Positions 9,951-18,787 of a stretch of 64,000 nt of DNA are shown here, piece after piece. The stretch is taken from the NCBI GenBank assembly GCA_964461435.1, contig CAYWUI010000005.1:8316-72315 (forward strand), given 5' to 3'. A model generated the notes under the pieces. That model saw nothing but the letters and a program-made list of their open reading frames with translations. It ran no database searches and was not told the origin of the DNA. This DNA is from an uncultured Bacteroidales bacterium (GTDB lineage Bacteria; Bacteroidota; Bacteroidia; Bacteroidales; UBA10428). Made by a program: the position numbers and the translations under genes. How positions within the stretch are numbered: the stretch's first letter is position 1; each line of letters starts with the position of its first letter.

Positions 9951-10005
9951 ATTAAACTTTTGAAAAAACAATTAATAAAGTTAATATTTGTTATGGCTTT
10001 TAATC

Positions 10006-11523
10006 CTAACTAATGGCTTCAGCTATAAGTGTGCCTGTTTCTGCCTTTCTCCCGGCCTCGTCCACAGCAACTATTTTAAGACTATGATGCGCCTTGTCAC
10101 CGGTAATATGCTCATAGGTAAAAGGCTTTTTGGTTGTCTGCGGAGAATGTTCCATAAGGCCTATTTTCTGGTTATCGCACCATATTTCATATTGCTTTAT
10201 AGGTTCATCACCTGCATATGGCGTATGCCATGTAAGTCTAATTATACGTTTATTGTCGGGCATCTCCTGGGTAAGAAGCGGCCCACGCGGAGCTGTCAGA
10301 TTTTGTGCAGGTAATTGAAAATAATTGGTTTTACCTTCTTTAATGGAATTTGTTATCCCCTCAATTTCACGTCTATCGGTTTTTGTCAGTCCGTCCGGTG
10401 CTACCTGCGCAGCTGAAAGGTTTTGCTGCAGCTGGCATTTCTTTATGTCATCGTCAATATGTCCTATCCCTGTTATTGCAGTATTAATACCCGGCGTTGT
10501 CAGGTTATACCGGACAAGGGAGCGACTGGGCAGTGCCTGGCTGCCAACATCACGTACAATATGTCCGGGGTTGTTTGACCAGGTAGCAGGTTTCGAATAC
10601 ATTGCGCCGTCTGCAAATACCTTCATGCCAATTATTCCCATATTTTTTGCTGCTGCGACAGGTATGACATTATACTGCATATTAAAGTTTAACCTGTCAT
10701 TCGGATTTACCGCTACAAGCATGGCATCGATAATATTTTTTTCGTCCCTTTGAATCATCTCCATCATTACTGCAGGAGAATAATGTCCCGAGAATCCTAT
10801 GTGACGAATCAGCTTTTCCTCGCCGGGATTCAAACCCGTATAATTTGTGCCGTCACGATAATCGAGGAGGGCGGCGAGAGCTCCAATATGCTCGGCCTTC
10901 GGATCAGGATCATCAAGTCCCTCGTAAAGGGCGTCGACCTCTTCTATACTGCCCAGAGCATGAATAAGTACCATATCAATATAGGCACCCTGAGGATAAT
11001 ATCCTTTGCCGTCACCAAAAAGTTGTGTAAGGGTTCTTTTTATATCGTCAGCAGTTTTGGAACCTTCAGGACCATTAGTGAACACCCTGATATTCTCGTC
11101 CTGCCATCCTCCCTTTGCCCACCGCAATCCGGTTTTACTGGTAAGGAATATAGATCTTCTGAGCGATTCATTATATCCCGGTTCACCCGGCACCAGCTGC
11201 AGATGGCTGAATGCTTTTCCGTAATTTGACTGGCTTGGACCGTAAACATTCGAGGTGTCGTAATAATTTATTCCAAGATTAAAAGCTTTGAGGATAATCT
11301 TCACAGGATCAACATCTGCGGGAGTCCATTGAATTGAAGCCTGACCTCCAAGCCCCAGCGTTGTCACTTCAAAATCCAGTCTTCCGAATGCGCGTTTCAT
11401 TGGCCTCTCTATGACAATCTTACCGTAATTTATATAGGGGGCAAAAGAGAGTCCTATCGAAGCTAATGCCGATGTTTGCAAAAAGCTGCGACGTGAAATT
11501 TTGAATTCTGATTTTTTTGCCAT
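10006..11523 (-). CDS. Twin-arginine-signal aldo/keto reductase-like oxidoreductase with C-terminal FN3/Ig-like domain
   Basis: 505 aa. The N-terminus carries a Tat motif (KISRRSFLQTSALASIGLS). The core is AKR-like (YYDTSNVYG...). The C-terminal ~90 aa are beta-rich (LTWHTP...YEIW...LKIVAVDEAG). Confidence 0.75.
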   Translation of the reverse strand: MAKKSEFKISRRSFLQTSALASIGLSFAPYINYGKIVIERPMKRAFGRLDFEVTTLGLGGQASIQWTPADVDPVKIILKAFNLGINYYDTSNVYGPSQSNYGKAFSHLQLVPGEPGYNESLRRSIFLTSKTGLRWAKGGWQDENIRVFTNGPEGSKTADDIKRTLTQLFGDGKGYYPQGAYIDMVLIHALGSIEEVDALYEGLDDPDPKAEHIGALAALLDYRDGTNYTGLNPGEEKLIRHIGFSGHYSPAVMMEMIQRDEKNIIDAMLVAVNPNDRLNFNMQYNVIPVAAAKNMGIIGMKVFADGAMYSKPATWSNNPGHIVRDVGSQALPSRSLVRYNLTTPGINTAITGIGHIDDDIKKCQLQQNLSAAQVAPDGLTKTDRREIEGITNSIKEGKTNYFQLPAQNLTAPRGPLLTQEMPDNKRIIRLTWHTPYAGDEPIKQYEIWCDNQKIGLMEHSPQTTKKPFTYEHITGDKAHHSLKIVAVDEAGRKAETGTLIAEAIS

Positions 11524-11968
11524 GATTGTCTTTTATCAGGTAATATAAAAAAATAACACATGATATGCAAAATTGTTTGAAAAATTTATGATGGTTGTCT
11601 TTTACTGGCTGCCCGAGGGGATGTCCTTTTTCTTTGGCTTCCAGGGAGAAGGCGAGCCATTCGCAGAACCTAACTACCAATGGCACTTTTAATGAGGAGC
11701 ATTATATCTGGGCGGTCTTTTTTTTGAACTGGCAAAGATAAGAGTATACCATCCTTTAAAAGTATATGACGGTATAATATAAGAATCCCGGCGATTTTCA
11801 TTCCGGCAGTCCCTTAAGAACATCCCTTCAGAATAAATATTCAGTCCTGATACTAATAGGGAATTTGTTATTGCATTTATCTATTATTAAAAATATTATG
11901 CATAAAACAGGAGGATTATTTAAATTAACACTTTCATTTAAGTTGTGATCCTAAATGCATAAAATAAT

Positions 11969-12502
11969 ATGAAACTTGAGTCAAGGATCAAAAGAATACC
12001 TTTTGTGAAGTATTACTCAATGATCATCCTGATTTTGCTGCTGCTGGCTGCACTGGCATCCGGATTATCCAGATTGATATCATATTATAATAAAAGAAAG
12101 AATTATGAATTCATAATAACAGGATCAGGCAATAACATTAAAACTATCGAGCTGGCCGACAGGACAATTGTATATCTTAACAGGGATTCAAAATTGATTT
12201 ATAGAAGTAGCTTTAATAAAACTGACAGGGAACTGATTCTTGAAGGAGAAGCTTACTTTGAGGTTGAAAATACAAATATGCTTCCTTTTGTGGTTTTTAC
12301 AGATAAATCATCGGTGATGGTCAGGGGAACAAGGTTTAATATAAAGGAAGAACGGGACAATATAGTGGTAACTGTTATTTCAGGTGTCATTGCATTTTAT
12401 GAAACGGAAAACAGCAGTAACCGGATAGAGTTGGGTCCTAATCAAAGCGCCAGCTATGATAAGAAAACAAATGAAATACGGATTCTAAACGTTTATCCAT
12501 AA
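11969..12502 (+). CDS. Short FecR-domain protein (single TM helix plus FecR sensor domain only)
   Basis: 177 aa with a TM helix (IILILLLLAALASGL) and a FecR-like core (LADRTIVYLNRDSKLIY...LEGEAYFEV...VRGTRFNI). It lacks the usual N-terminal anti-sigma region and the C-terminal DUF4974. Confidence 0.6.
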   Translation: MKLESRIKRIPFVKYYSMIILILLLLAALASGLSRLISYYNKRKNYEFIITGSGNNIKTIELADRTIVYLNRDSKLIYRSSFNKTDRELILEGEAYFEVENTNMLPFVVFTDKSSVMVRGTRFNIKEERDNIVVTVISGVIAFYETENSSNRIELGPNQSASYDKKTNEIRILNVYP

Positions 12503-12656
12503 AAAGATGTTTTTATACTTCTGATATTAAAGGTGAATATACCGGCAGGATTGAAGGGATAGGAAGCGACGACATCCCTGTCAATGCAGATTTTCAGTTT
12601 AAGGTTGAATAAGCAAGCCGCAGCAGTTATTTATAGGGGTATTGACCCTGAAAATT

Positions 12657-13727
12657 TTATCTGGATGTTTTTGACAGAGGGACTGAGCCTTTTGATGTAA
12701 TAAGCCATAAATATGCCATCAGCCCGAGGATTATATATATCAGATTTGTTGCACTGTGTGCTATAAGAGCAAATATTTTTCCGTAAGTATAATCAATCCC
12801 ATATACCGATAATGTCAGAATTACCATAAAGTGCCAGGAGCCAATGCCTCCCGGAATTGGAAGTACCATTGCAAGTCCTCCCATTATAAAAGTCGTTGCA
12901 CCTATATAAATGGAAAGATGTCTCGTGGGTTCATATGCCAGGAACACAACATAGAACATCAACAGCCACATCAGGAAAATAAAAAGTGTATGCCCTATAA
13001 AGCGCCACTTGTTTTTTAGCCTGAGAATAGTTTTAATACCTTCAATGAGATTATTTTTAAATTCATTAAGTTTCTGCCTTATGGTTATTCCCTGATGTTC
13101 TTTTCTTTTTTTCAGAAAATCCCTGATCTCAACATATACGAATACAACGGCAACAATAATCCCTATTCCGATAAGCATATTCTTTGGTGAAAGAATACTC
13201 CCGGTGCCGGCGGTATTATTTAATGTATTTTCTTGGAAAACCTCGTTAAAAATTTTGCTTATTCTGTTTATATCAAATATTTGTTTTATTTTGCCAATCT
13301 GGGTGGAAATTATAAGGACTGTAAGCAATATTAGTGTAATAAAATCCGTGGATCTCTCAGAGAAGACTGTGCCGGCGAGCTTTGAGAAAGGTATCTTTTC
13401 ATATTTTGAAAGCAGTTTGCACCTTCCTACCTCTCCGGCCCTGGGTAAAAAAAGATTTACCAGGTATAAAAACAATACTGACAGGAAGGTATTGAAAAGT
13501 CTGGGCTTATAACCTAACTGGACAATGAGCATGTTCCATCTGACAGCCCTGCTGACCTGCGATAATATGCTAAAAACTACTGACAGTGCTATCCAGAAGT
13601 AATTCACTCCCCTCAGGGCATTTTTTAAGTTTTCCCATCCCACGTCTCCAAAAATTCCCCAGAGAAGAATGATGCCAATACCAAGAAAAGTGACAAACTT
13701 TACTATGTTTATAAAGATTTTCTTCAT
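12657..13727 (-). CDS. Lysylphosphatidylglycerol-synthase-TM-region (UPF0104, flippase-like) membrane protein
   Basis: Polytopic membrane ORF with family-typical motifs (RAxRW.., PGGIG). I prefer the ATG at 13727 (MKKIF...). The ORF-track start at 13760 is a TTG. Confidence 0.65.
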   Translation of the reverse strand: MKKIFINIVKFVTFLGIGIILLWGIFGDVGWENLKNALRGVNYFWIALSVVFSILSQVSRAVRWNMLIVQLGYKPRLFNTFLSVLFLYLVNLFLPRAGEVGRCKLLSKYEKIPFSKLAGTVFSERSTDFITLILLTVLIISTQIGKIKQIFDINRISKIFNEVFQENTLNNTAGTGSILSPKNMLIGIGIIVAVVFVYVEIRDFLKKRKEHQGITIRQKLNEFKNNLIEGIKTILRLKNKWRFIGHTLFIFLMWLLMFYVVFLAYEPTRHLSIYIGATTFIMGGLAMVLPIPGGIGSWHFMVILTLSVYGIDYTYGKIFALIAHSATNLIYIILGLMAYLWLITSKGSVPLSKTSR

Positions 13728-13953
13728 CCGGTTGTTAAAACTCTCTCTAAAAAGTTGCAAATGTAATGATTAAATAGAAATATAAACTGTGAAAATCATA
13801 TTAAATTTTAACAATAATTAAAAAAATAATAAATCAAATAGCTATATATCAGAATTGTATTAATAAAAATCCGGGACCGTCATAATATAATATCTATACT
13901 GGATTAATCCGGCATGCAAATTTATGAAGTGACTCACCTGGCAATTATTACAA

Positions 13954-14439
13954 TCATGTCTTTTTTGATATTTTGTCCATTTCAAGATCTGTTTTCCTGA
14001 ATTCCACGACAAGACCTACACATCTGTATTCATTCATTTCTCTCTCAGACCCTTCAGGGACCGATATTTTAATAATCAGATTACGAGTGGATTCGTTCGT
14101 GAATATTACATGATCGCTGTAATCATAATCGGCGTTATCATAAATAATTGTGCTGTCTTCACTATCTTCAATTATCCTGAAACGCAGATCGCCGAATTTT
14201 CTGTGGGCACACACTGATATATAATAGTCTTCTTCACCGTAAGCAATAATTTTAAACTCTGATGTCTGTCCTCTTTTGAAAAGAGCGCTCTTTGATTGCC
14301 TGCTATAGAAGAATGTATAATCACCATAAATACAATGGAACTGATGGTATCCTGTGCAATCCTGTGCAAATGAACATATTGTTATTATAATTGATAAAAC
14401 GGGAATTAATATAAGCTTCATGTTAAGTAGAGTTTTCAT
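13954..14439 (-). CDS. Small secreted 4-Cys beta-rich protein, unknown function (cassette member B1)
   Basis: 161 aa with a signal peptide ending in AQDC. It aligns collinearly with the ORF at 30760..31206: C-x-G-[YF]-x5-C, [YF]-x-I-[SA]-[VI]-C, F-x-I-I-[DE], [IL]YDN, I-x-[IV]-x-VP-x-G, and C-V-[GA]...F-[RG]. It is the last gene of the ABC operon. Confidence 0.6.
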   Translation of the reverse strand: MKTLLNMKLILIPVLSIIITICSFAQDCTGYHQFHCIYGDYTFFYSRQSKSALFKRGQTSEFKIIAYGEEDYYISVCAHRKFGDLRFRIIEDSEDSTIIYDNADYDYSDHVIFTNESTRNLIIKISVPEGSEREMNEYRCVGLVVEFRKTDLEMDKISKKT

Positions 14440-14461
14440 TTGTATTGATAATTCAGAATAA

Positions 14462-15361
14462 TCAGATTTCAGAAATATGTATGATTTTATTCCGGGTCTG
14501 TATTACTATTTGCTTTAATTCATAAAATTCTTTTTCATTGATTTTAAATTTATCACCTCCACCGATAATGATTCTTCCATCTTCACCTTTTCTTACATTT
14601 GTCTTTACTTTTTCAACGGCAATATTTTTAAAGAATTCAAACAACGGCTCAACAATTTCCAGGATACTTGAAACATTAGGATCATCAGAATACTCATAGG
14701 AATATTTCATGATGTTATCAAATGCTACTTTCTGATCAACAATACGTTGTATTGTCGGATTATCAGGATTATAATCCCCGACCAGGTTAAGAGACAGATA
14801 TAAAAACTCAACAAAGCCTCCGAGCGATATAATGGCAAAAGTATTTTCTTTATTATTGCGGACAAGATAATTAGTCAGATCTGTAAGTGCTTCTTCAGAA
14901 ATAGTACTTAAGGAGTCAATATTTCGAATATTTTTTTCTATTCTGTCAACCAGATTTTTATCAAAGGCTGAAGAAATTCTGGTTTTTTCACTTAACGAGT
15001 AAATCACCTGAAGATAATCTATTGATTCTTTATATCTTTCAAACAAAGTGATGTAACCAAGATCAGCAACATATACACCTAAAATTAATGACTGTGATTT
15101 CGAATCAAGATATTGATCAGCTTTTCTTACAGGCAGCAGTATTGTATTATCAAACTGTAATCCGGCACTATCAATAACAATAAACATTTCATCGGGAGAG
15201 GGAAACCGATAATACACCTTTTTTATCCTGTTTTCCAGTTGAGCATAAGTGCTGGTGTCCTCTTCATACCTGTCTGATTTATTATATGAAGACCGGTCAG
15301 GCTTACAGCAGTAAACTGCCATGAGTGCAAACAAAAAGAAAAAATACCTGGTTGTAATCAT
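14462..15361 (-). CDS. Lipoprotein of unknown function (cassette member A1)
   Basis: 299 aa with lipobox-like ...AVYCCKPD. It aligns without gaps over ~170 aa to the ORF at 31220..32161 (KK[VI].Y..PSP.E....I.SAG...D...L...D.Y...L.LG.Y..DL...LF...SI.Y...R.E.N..N.D...AI..GG..E.LY....LVG...N...RI..QK..F). Its start overlaps the ABC gene stop in an ATGA. Confidence 0.65.
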   Translation of the reverse strand: MITTRYFFFLFALMAVYCCKPDRSSYNKSDRYEEDTSTYAQLENRIKKVYYRFPSPDEMFIVIDSAGLQFDNTILLPVRKADQYLDSKSQSLILGVYVADLGYITLFERYKESIDYLQVIYSLSEKTRISSAFDKNLVDRIEKNIRNIDSLSTISEEALTDLTNYLVRNNKENTFAIISLGGFVEFLYLSLNLVGDYNPDNPTIQRIVDQKVAFDNIMKYSYEYSDDPNVSSILEIVEPLFEFFKNIAVEKVKTNVRKGEDGRIIIGGGDKFKINEKEFYELKQIVIQTRNKIIHISEI

Positions 15362-18300
15362 TTGTTTAATAATTTTTTTATCCTGATTGTTTCAGAAAAG
15401 TTAATTAATTTTTTTAACAACTCAAAGATAAGCAAGATATATAAAATAAAAATCATTGTCCAGATTACGATCAGGTCAAACCAGAATGTATCGATATACA
15501 TATTGCCTATGCGTTTAAAAGGTGCAAAAAAATGTGATCTGCCATATTTTGATTCGGGGGTTTTATAAACAGGTTCTGCTTTCTGAATAAGGTTGTTCTT
15601 ATGTTCGAGGATTTTGACATTATCCCTTTTATTTAATACTAATTCGGCTATCTGGTAATTAAAGTTATCGTTTTTTAGTCTTAATAAATTGGATATCCCG
15701 TTGTATTCCGCTTCCATATTTTCAATCTTCCTGTCTTTTCTTTCAATTATCCGTGTCAGATCTCTTGAGTAATGTCGTTTTAAAAAACCCAGATAATTCC
15801 TGGTATCGTGCGCAAGATTCAGATTAAATGAATTTATCTTCAGATTATCAATTCCTTTAAATAAGGGGATATTATCATTTCTGTTGATTTTATACAGCTC
15901 ATTTTCCAATAGAACAAGGTCATTTTCAAGCTTTTTCCTGTTTTGTTTTAATTTAAAATTCTTCTCACACAGGTTTAATTTCAGTTGCAGTTCAGGTACC
16001 AGATAGTTCATCATAAATGAAGCGTGGCTTTCTTCTTTTTCTATGTCATAAAGATTTTTCTGGTACTTGTTATTTCTGAACTGGTAAACAGCCAGTGCTT
16101 CATATGCCCAGCGTGATGCCATAATATCCCCTACAAATGGCACATAATATTGTGATGTTATATTTCTGTTCAGTTTATCGAATTTAACCATAGCACCACC
16201 CAGCAAAATTTGCGGAACAAGCAATAATGGAATCAGAATATAGATAGCTACAACCGATTTCATGGTATTTGATATATTTAAGCCCATCATATTTGAAAAC
16301 AGGGACAGGGAGAAGAGCATCAGCCAGAACGGGATTAACATGTCCTTAATACCAAGGATCCGGTTGCCTATCAGCACGAAAGAGAGTGTTTGCACTGCTG
16401 ACAGGGCAAAAAGCAAAACAACTTTTGAATTAAAATAACTGAATTTGCTGAGATTTAAGAATGATTCCCTTTGAATTATTCTGCTGTCTCTGATTATCTC
16501 TTCCGCACTTACCATCAGTCCGAGAAACAGGGCCACTATAACACCCATAAAAATAAAAATCGGCAGGTTCAGGTTCTCACTGAAAATGTAAACTTTGGGA
16601 TTATCAGCAGTCCCTATATTATACTTTGTTAAAATAGCAAGTATAAATGCCAATATTGGCGCTTCCAGAAGATTTATAGCCATATACTGTTTATCAGTAA
16701 TTTTTGAATAAATATTTCGCAGTGTATATATTATGAATTGCTTTAATTTACCCGGTATGCTGAAATAGCTTTCAGGAATATTCAACCTGACGCCAACAAA
16801 ATCTTTATACCGCGGTTCAATTTTCTTTTTATATAACTGATACCATTCTTCAGCCGATACCAGTCTTTCCTTGGCAAATTCTCCGGAATCATTAACCTTT
16901 TTTGCTTCAATAATCTGAAGGACCTGCTCGGGATTCACATTGCCACATGTCAGGCACTCACTGTCTTCGGCATTAATTAACTGATTGGAAGTTTTAAAGT
17001 ATACTACTGCATCCAGGGGATCTCCGTAATATACGACTCTTCCGCCTTTATCCATTACCAGGAGCTTATCGAATAATTTGAAAATATCAGAAGAGGGCTG
17101 ATGTATATTAACTATAAGCAACTTGCCTTTTTGAGCCTGCTTCTTCAGCAAGTCCATAACCATTTCAGAATCTGTGGATGACAGTCCGGATGTAGGTTCA
17201 TCAACAAACAGGATGTATGGTTCCCTTATTAACTCGAGTCCGATATTCAGCCTTTTGCGCTGACCTCCGCTAATGTACTTTTTTAGCGGATTGCCCACTT
17301 TCAAATCTTTGACATCAAATAAGTCCAGATCGAGCAGAATCCTGTCAACAAGTTTATTAATCTTACTGTCAGAAAAATCCTTAAAACATAATTTTGCGTT
17401 AAAATAGAGGTTCTGGTATACTGTTAACTCTTCAATAAGCAGATCATCCTGGGGAATATAGCCAACGATCCCTTCCAGCATTTCTTTATCTTTATTTATA
17501 TCATAACCGTTTATCAGGACTCTTCCGCTTACAGGACTGAGGCTGCCGTTTAAAACATTAAGCAGGGTTGATTTTCCTACTCCGCTTCCTCCCATTACAC
17601 CAATCATCTGTCCAGATTCCTCTGAAAAACTGAAAGGGTAAATGCCATTGTCGCTGTTTTTAAACTTAAATTCAATATCAATTGCGGTGAAGCGGAGCTT
17701 GAAGCCGACTTCTGATTTCAGGAATAAATTGGCAATCTCACTGTAATAAATAGAACCTAAAATCGGACTTCTTATCGAGGCACCTTTATCAAGAATATAA
17801 GTCCGTTCAGGAATAATTTTTCTGCCGTTAAGATATAATTGATCATCAGCTTCGACATGACGGAATACATAAATATTTGTAAGAGGCATATAGAGAAAGA
17901 GAATTTTGCCTTTTATGTAATTCTTTTGTATATGTCCTATGTTTTTATATTCAGGATTCTTATTGCTGTCAATGACCAGGACATTTTTTTTATCAGGTAC
18001 CTTGTTAATAGAATCGAATATAAACGCCCTGCTGCTGTTAAATTCTCCTTCATCAAACTTCAGGGTAATTGAAAGTGTTTTCAGATAATCTGATTCAGCT
18101 TCATCAAGTTCTTCCTTAAGATTCATTATATCTAATATCTGCAACAGTACTAATGCCTTTTGTCTCTGCTCCAGTATTTTGTTTACATGTTCACAGATAA
18201 TAACAGATTTTACAGCGAACAGTGAATTTCTTTTTTTTTCCTCCAATTTTACTTTTTCTTTTAGTCCACTGTAATAAAACTCATACATCATCAGGTACTG

Positions 18301-18438
18301 ATTGATCTTGTCGGGGTTGACCAGTTGTCTCAGATAGGACTCAACGATAGCTTTGGCTGCCTTAACTTTATCTTTGCTTAGTGATTGAGCAACAACTGCA
18401 AATAATCTCAATATAGATTTTAAAATAGTTTCAGTCAT
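15358..18438 (-). CDS. ABCG/White-like ABC transporter (fused ATPase plus ABC-2 permease) with long N-terminal TerB-like/FHA-like extension and C-terminal coiled-coil plus extra TM helix
   Basis: 1026 aa. ATPase motifs are Walker A GGSGVGKST, signature ISGGQRKR, Walker B ILFVDEPTSGL and the ABCG-typical H-loop NIHQPS. Several TM helices follow, then ~200 aa of K/E/N-rich heptad-like sequence and a final TM helix. The calls for the N-terminal ~270 aa are tentative. Confidence 0.85.
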   Translation of the reverse strand: MTETILKSILRLFAVVAQSLSKDKVKAAKAIVESYLRQLVNPDKINQYLMMYEFYYSGLKEKVKLEEKKRNSLFAVKSVIICEHVNKILEQRQKALVLLQILDIMNLKEELDEAESDYLKTLSITLKFDEGEFNSSRAFIFDSINKVPDKKNVLVIDSNKNPEYKNIGHIQKNYIKGKILFLYMPLTNIYVFRHVEADDQLYLNGRKIIPERTYILDKGASIRSPILGSIYYSEIANLFLKSEVGFKLRFTAIDIEFKFKNSDNGIYPFSFSEESGQMIGVMGGSGVGKSTLLNVLNGSLSPVSGRVLINGYDINKDKEMLEGIVGYIPQDDLLIEELTVYQNLYFNAKLCFKDFSDSKINKLVDRILLDLDLFDVKDLKVGNPLKKYISGGQRKRLNIGLELIREPYILFVDEPTSGLSSTDSEMVMDLLKKQAQKGKLLIVNIHQPSSDIFKLFDKLLVMDKGGRVVYYGDPLDAVVYFKTSNQLINAEDSECLTCGNVNPEQVLQIIEAKKVNDSGEFAKERLVSAEEWYQLYKKKIEPRYKDFVGVRLNIPESYFSIPGKLKQFIIYTLRNIYSKITDKQYMAINLLEAPILAFILAILTKYNIGTADNPKVYIFSENLNLPIFIFMGVIVALFLGLMVSAEEIIRDSRIIQRESFLNLSKFSYFNSKVVLLFALSAVQTLSFVLIGNRILGIKDMLIPFWLMLFSLSLFSNMMGLNISNTMKSVVAIYILIPLLLVPQILLGGAMVKFDKLNRNITSQYYVPFVGDIMASRWAYEALAVYQFRNNKYQKNLYDIEKEESHASFMMNYLVPELQLKLNLCEKNFKLKQNRKKLENDLVLLENELYKINRNDNIPLFKGIDNLKINSFNLNLAHDTRNYLGFLKRHYSRDLTRIIERKDRKIENMEAEYNGISNLLRLKNDNFNYQIAELVLNKRDNVKILEHKNNLIQKAEPVYKTPESKYGRSHFFAPFKRIGNMYIDTFWFDLIVIWTMIFILYILLIFELLKKLINFSETIRIKKLLNK

Positions 18439-18787
18439 CCTGCTAACTTTCTTATAATCCGGATTTTACCGGACAATTAAAATATAAAAGAAGTTTGTAT
18501 GCATAAAGTTACTCTTAATCAAATGTATTATTTATCTGTATTTAATACAAGCATATTTTTTTTAATTTCTTAACAATGAATGACACTGATTCTTATTAAT
18601 GACTGAATAGCAATAATTTCTTCTTAACCGGAGGGGATTTACTTTTCATTGTTTAATCAGGTACTATATATTCAAATAAAAAAAATTATTATATTTTTAC
18701 TTATGAATTATTATTACAAGATCTTTGCACATATAATGATAAGTGCTTGCATTGATTTTATGGTAAAATGATTTTTAAAAAAATTTA

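Noticed and set aside
11640-11670. CCAGGGAGAAGGCGAGCC looked superficially like the SRP (4.5S) RNA domain IV motif CCGGAAGGAAGCAGCC.
   Set aside because: The conserved GGAA tetraloop and the symmetric-loop context are missing, and no flanking helix 5 pairing is evident.
12475-12613. Start-less open frame after the FecR-like gene, ending ...FYTSDIKGEYTGRIEGIGSDDIPVNADFQFKVE*. Considered as a remnant of a neighbouring gene or a frameshifted FecR C-terminus.
   Set aside because: It has no start codon, only 45 codons and no family motif I can place. It does not resemble the usual FecR C-terminal domain. It is too weak to annotate.
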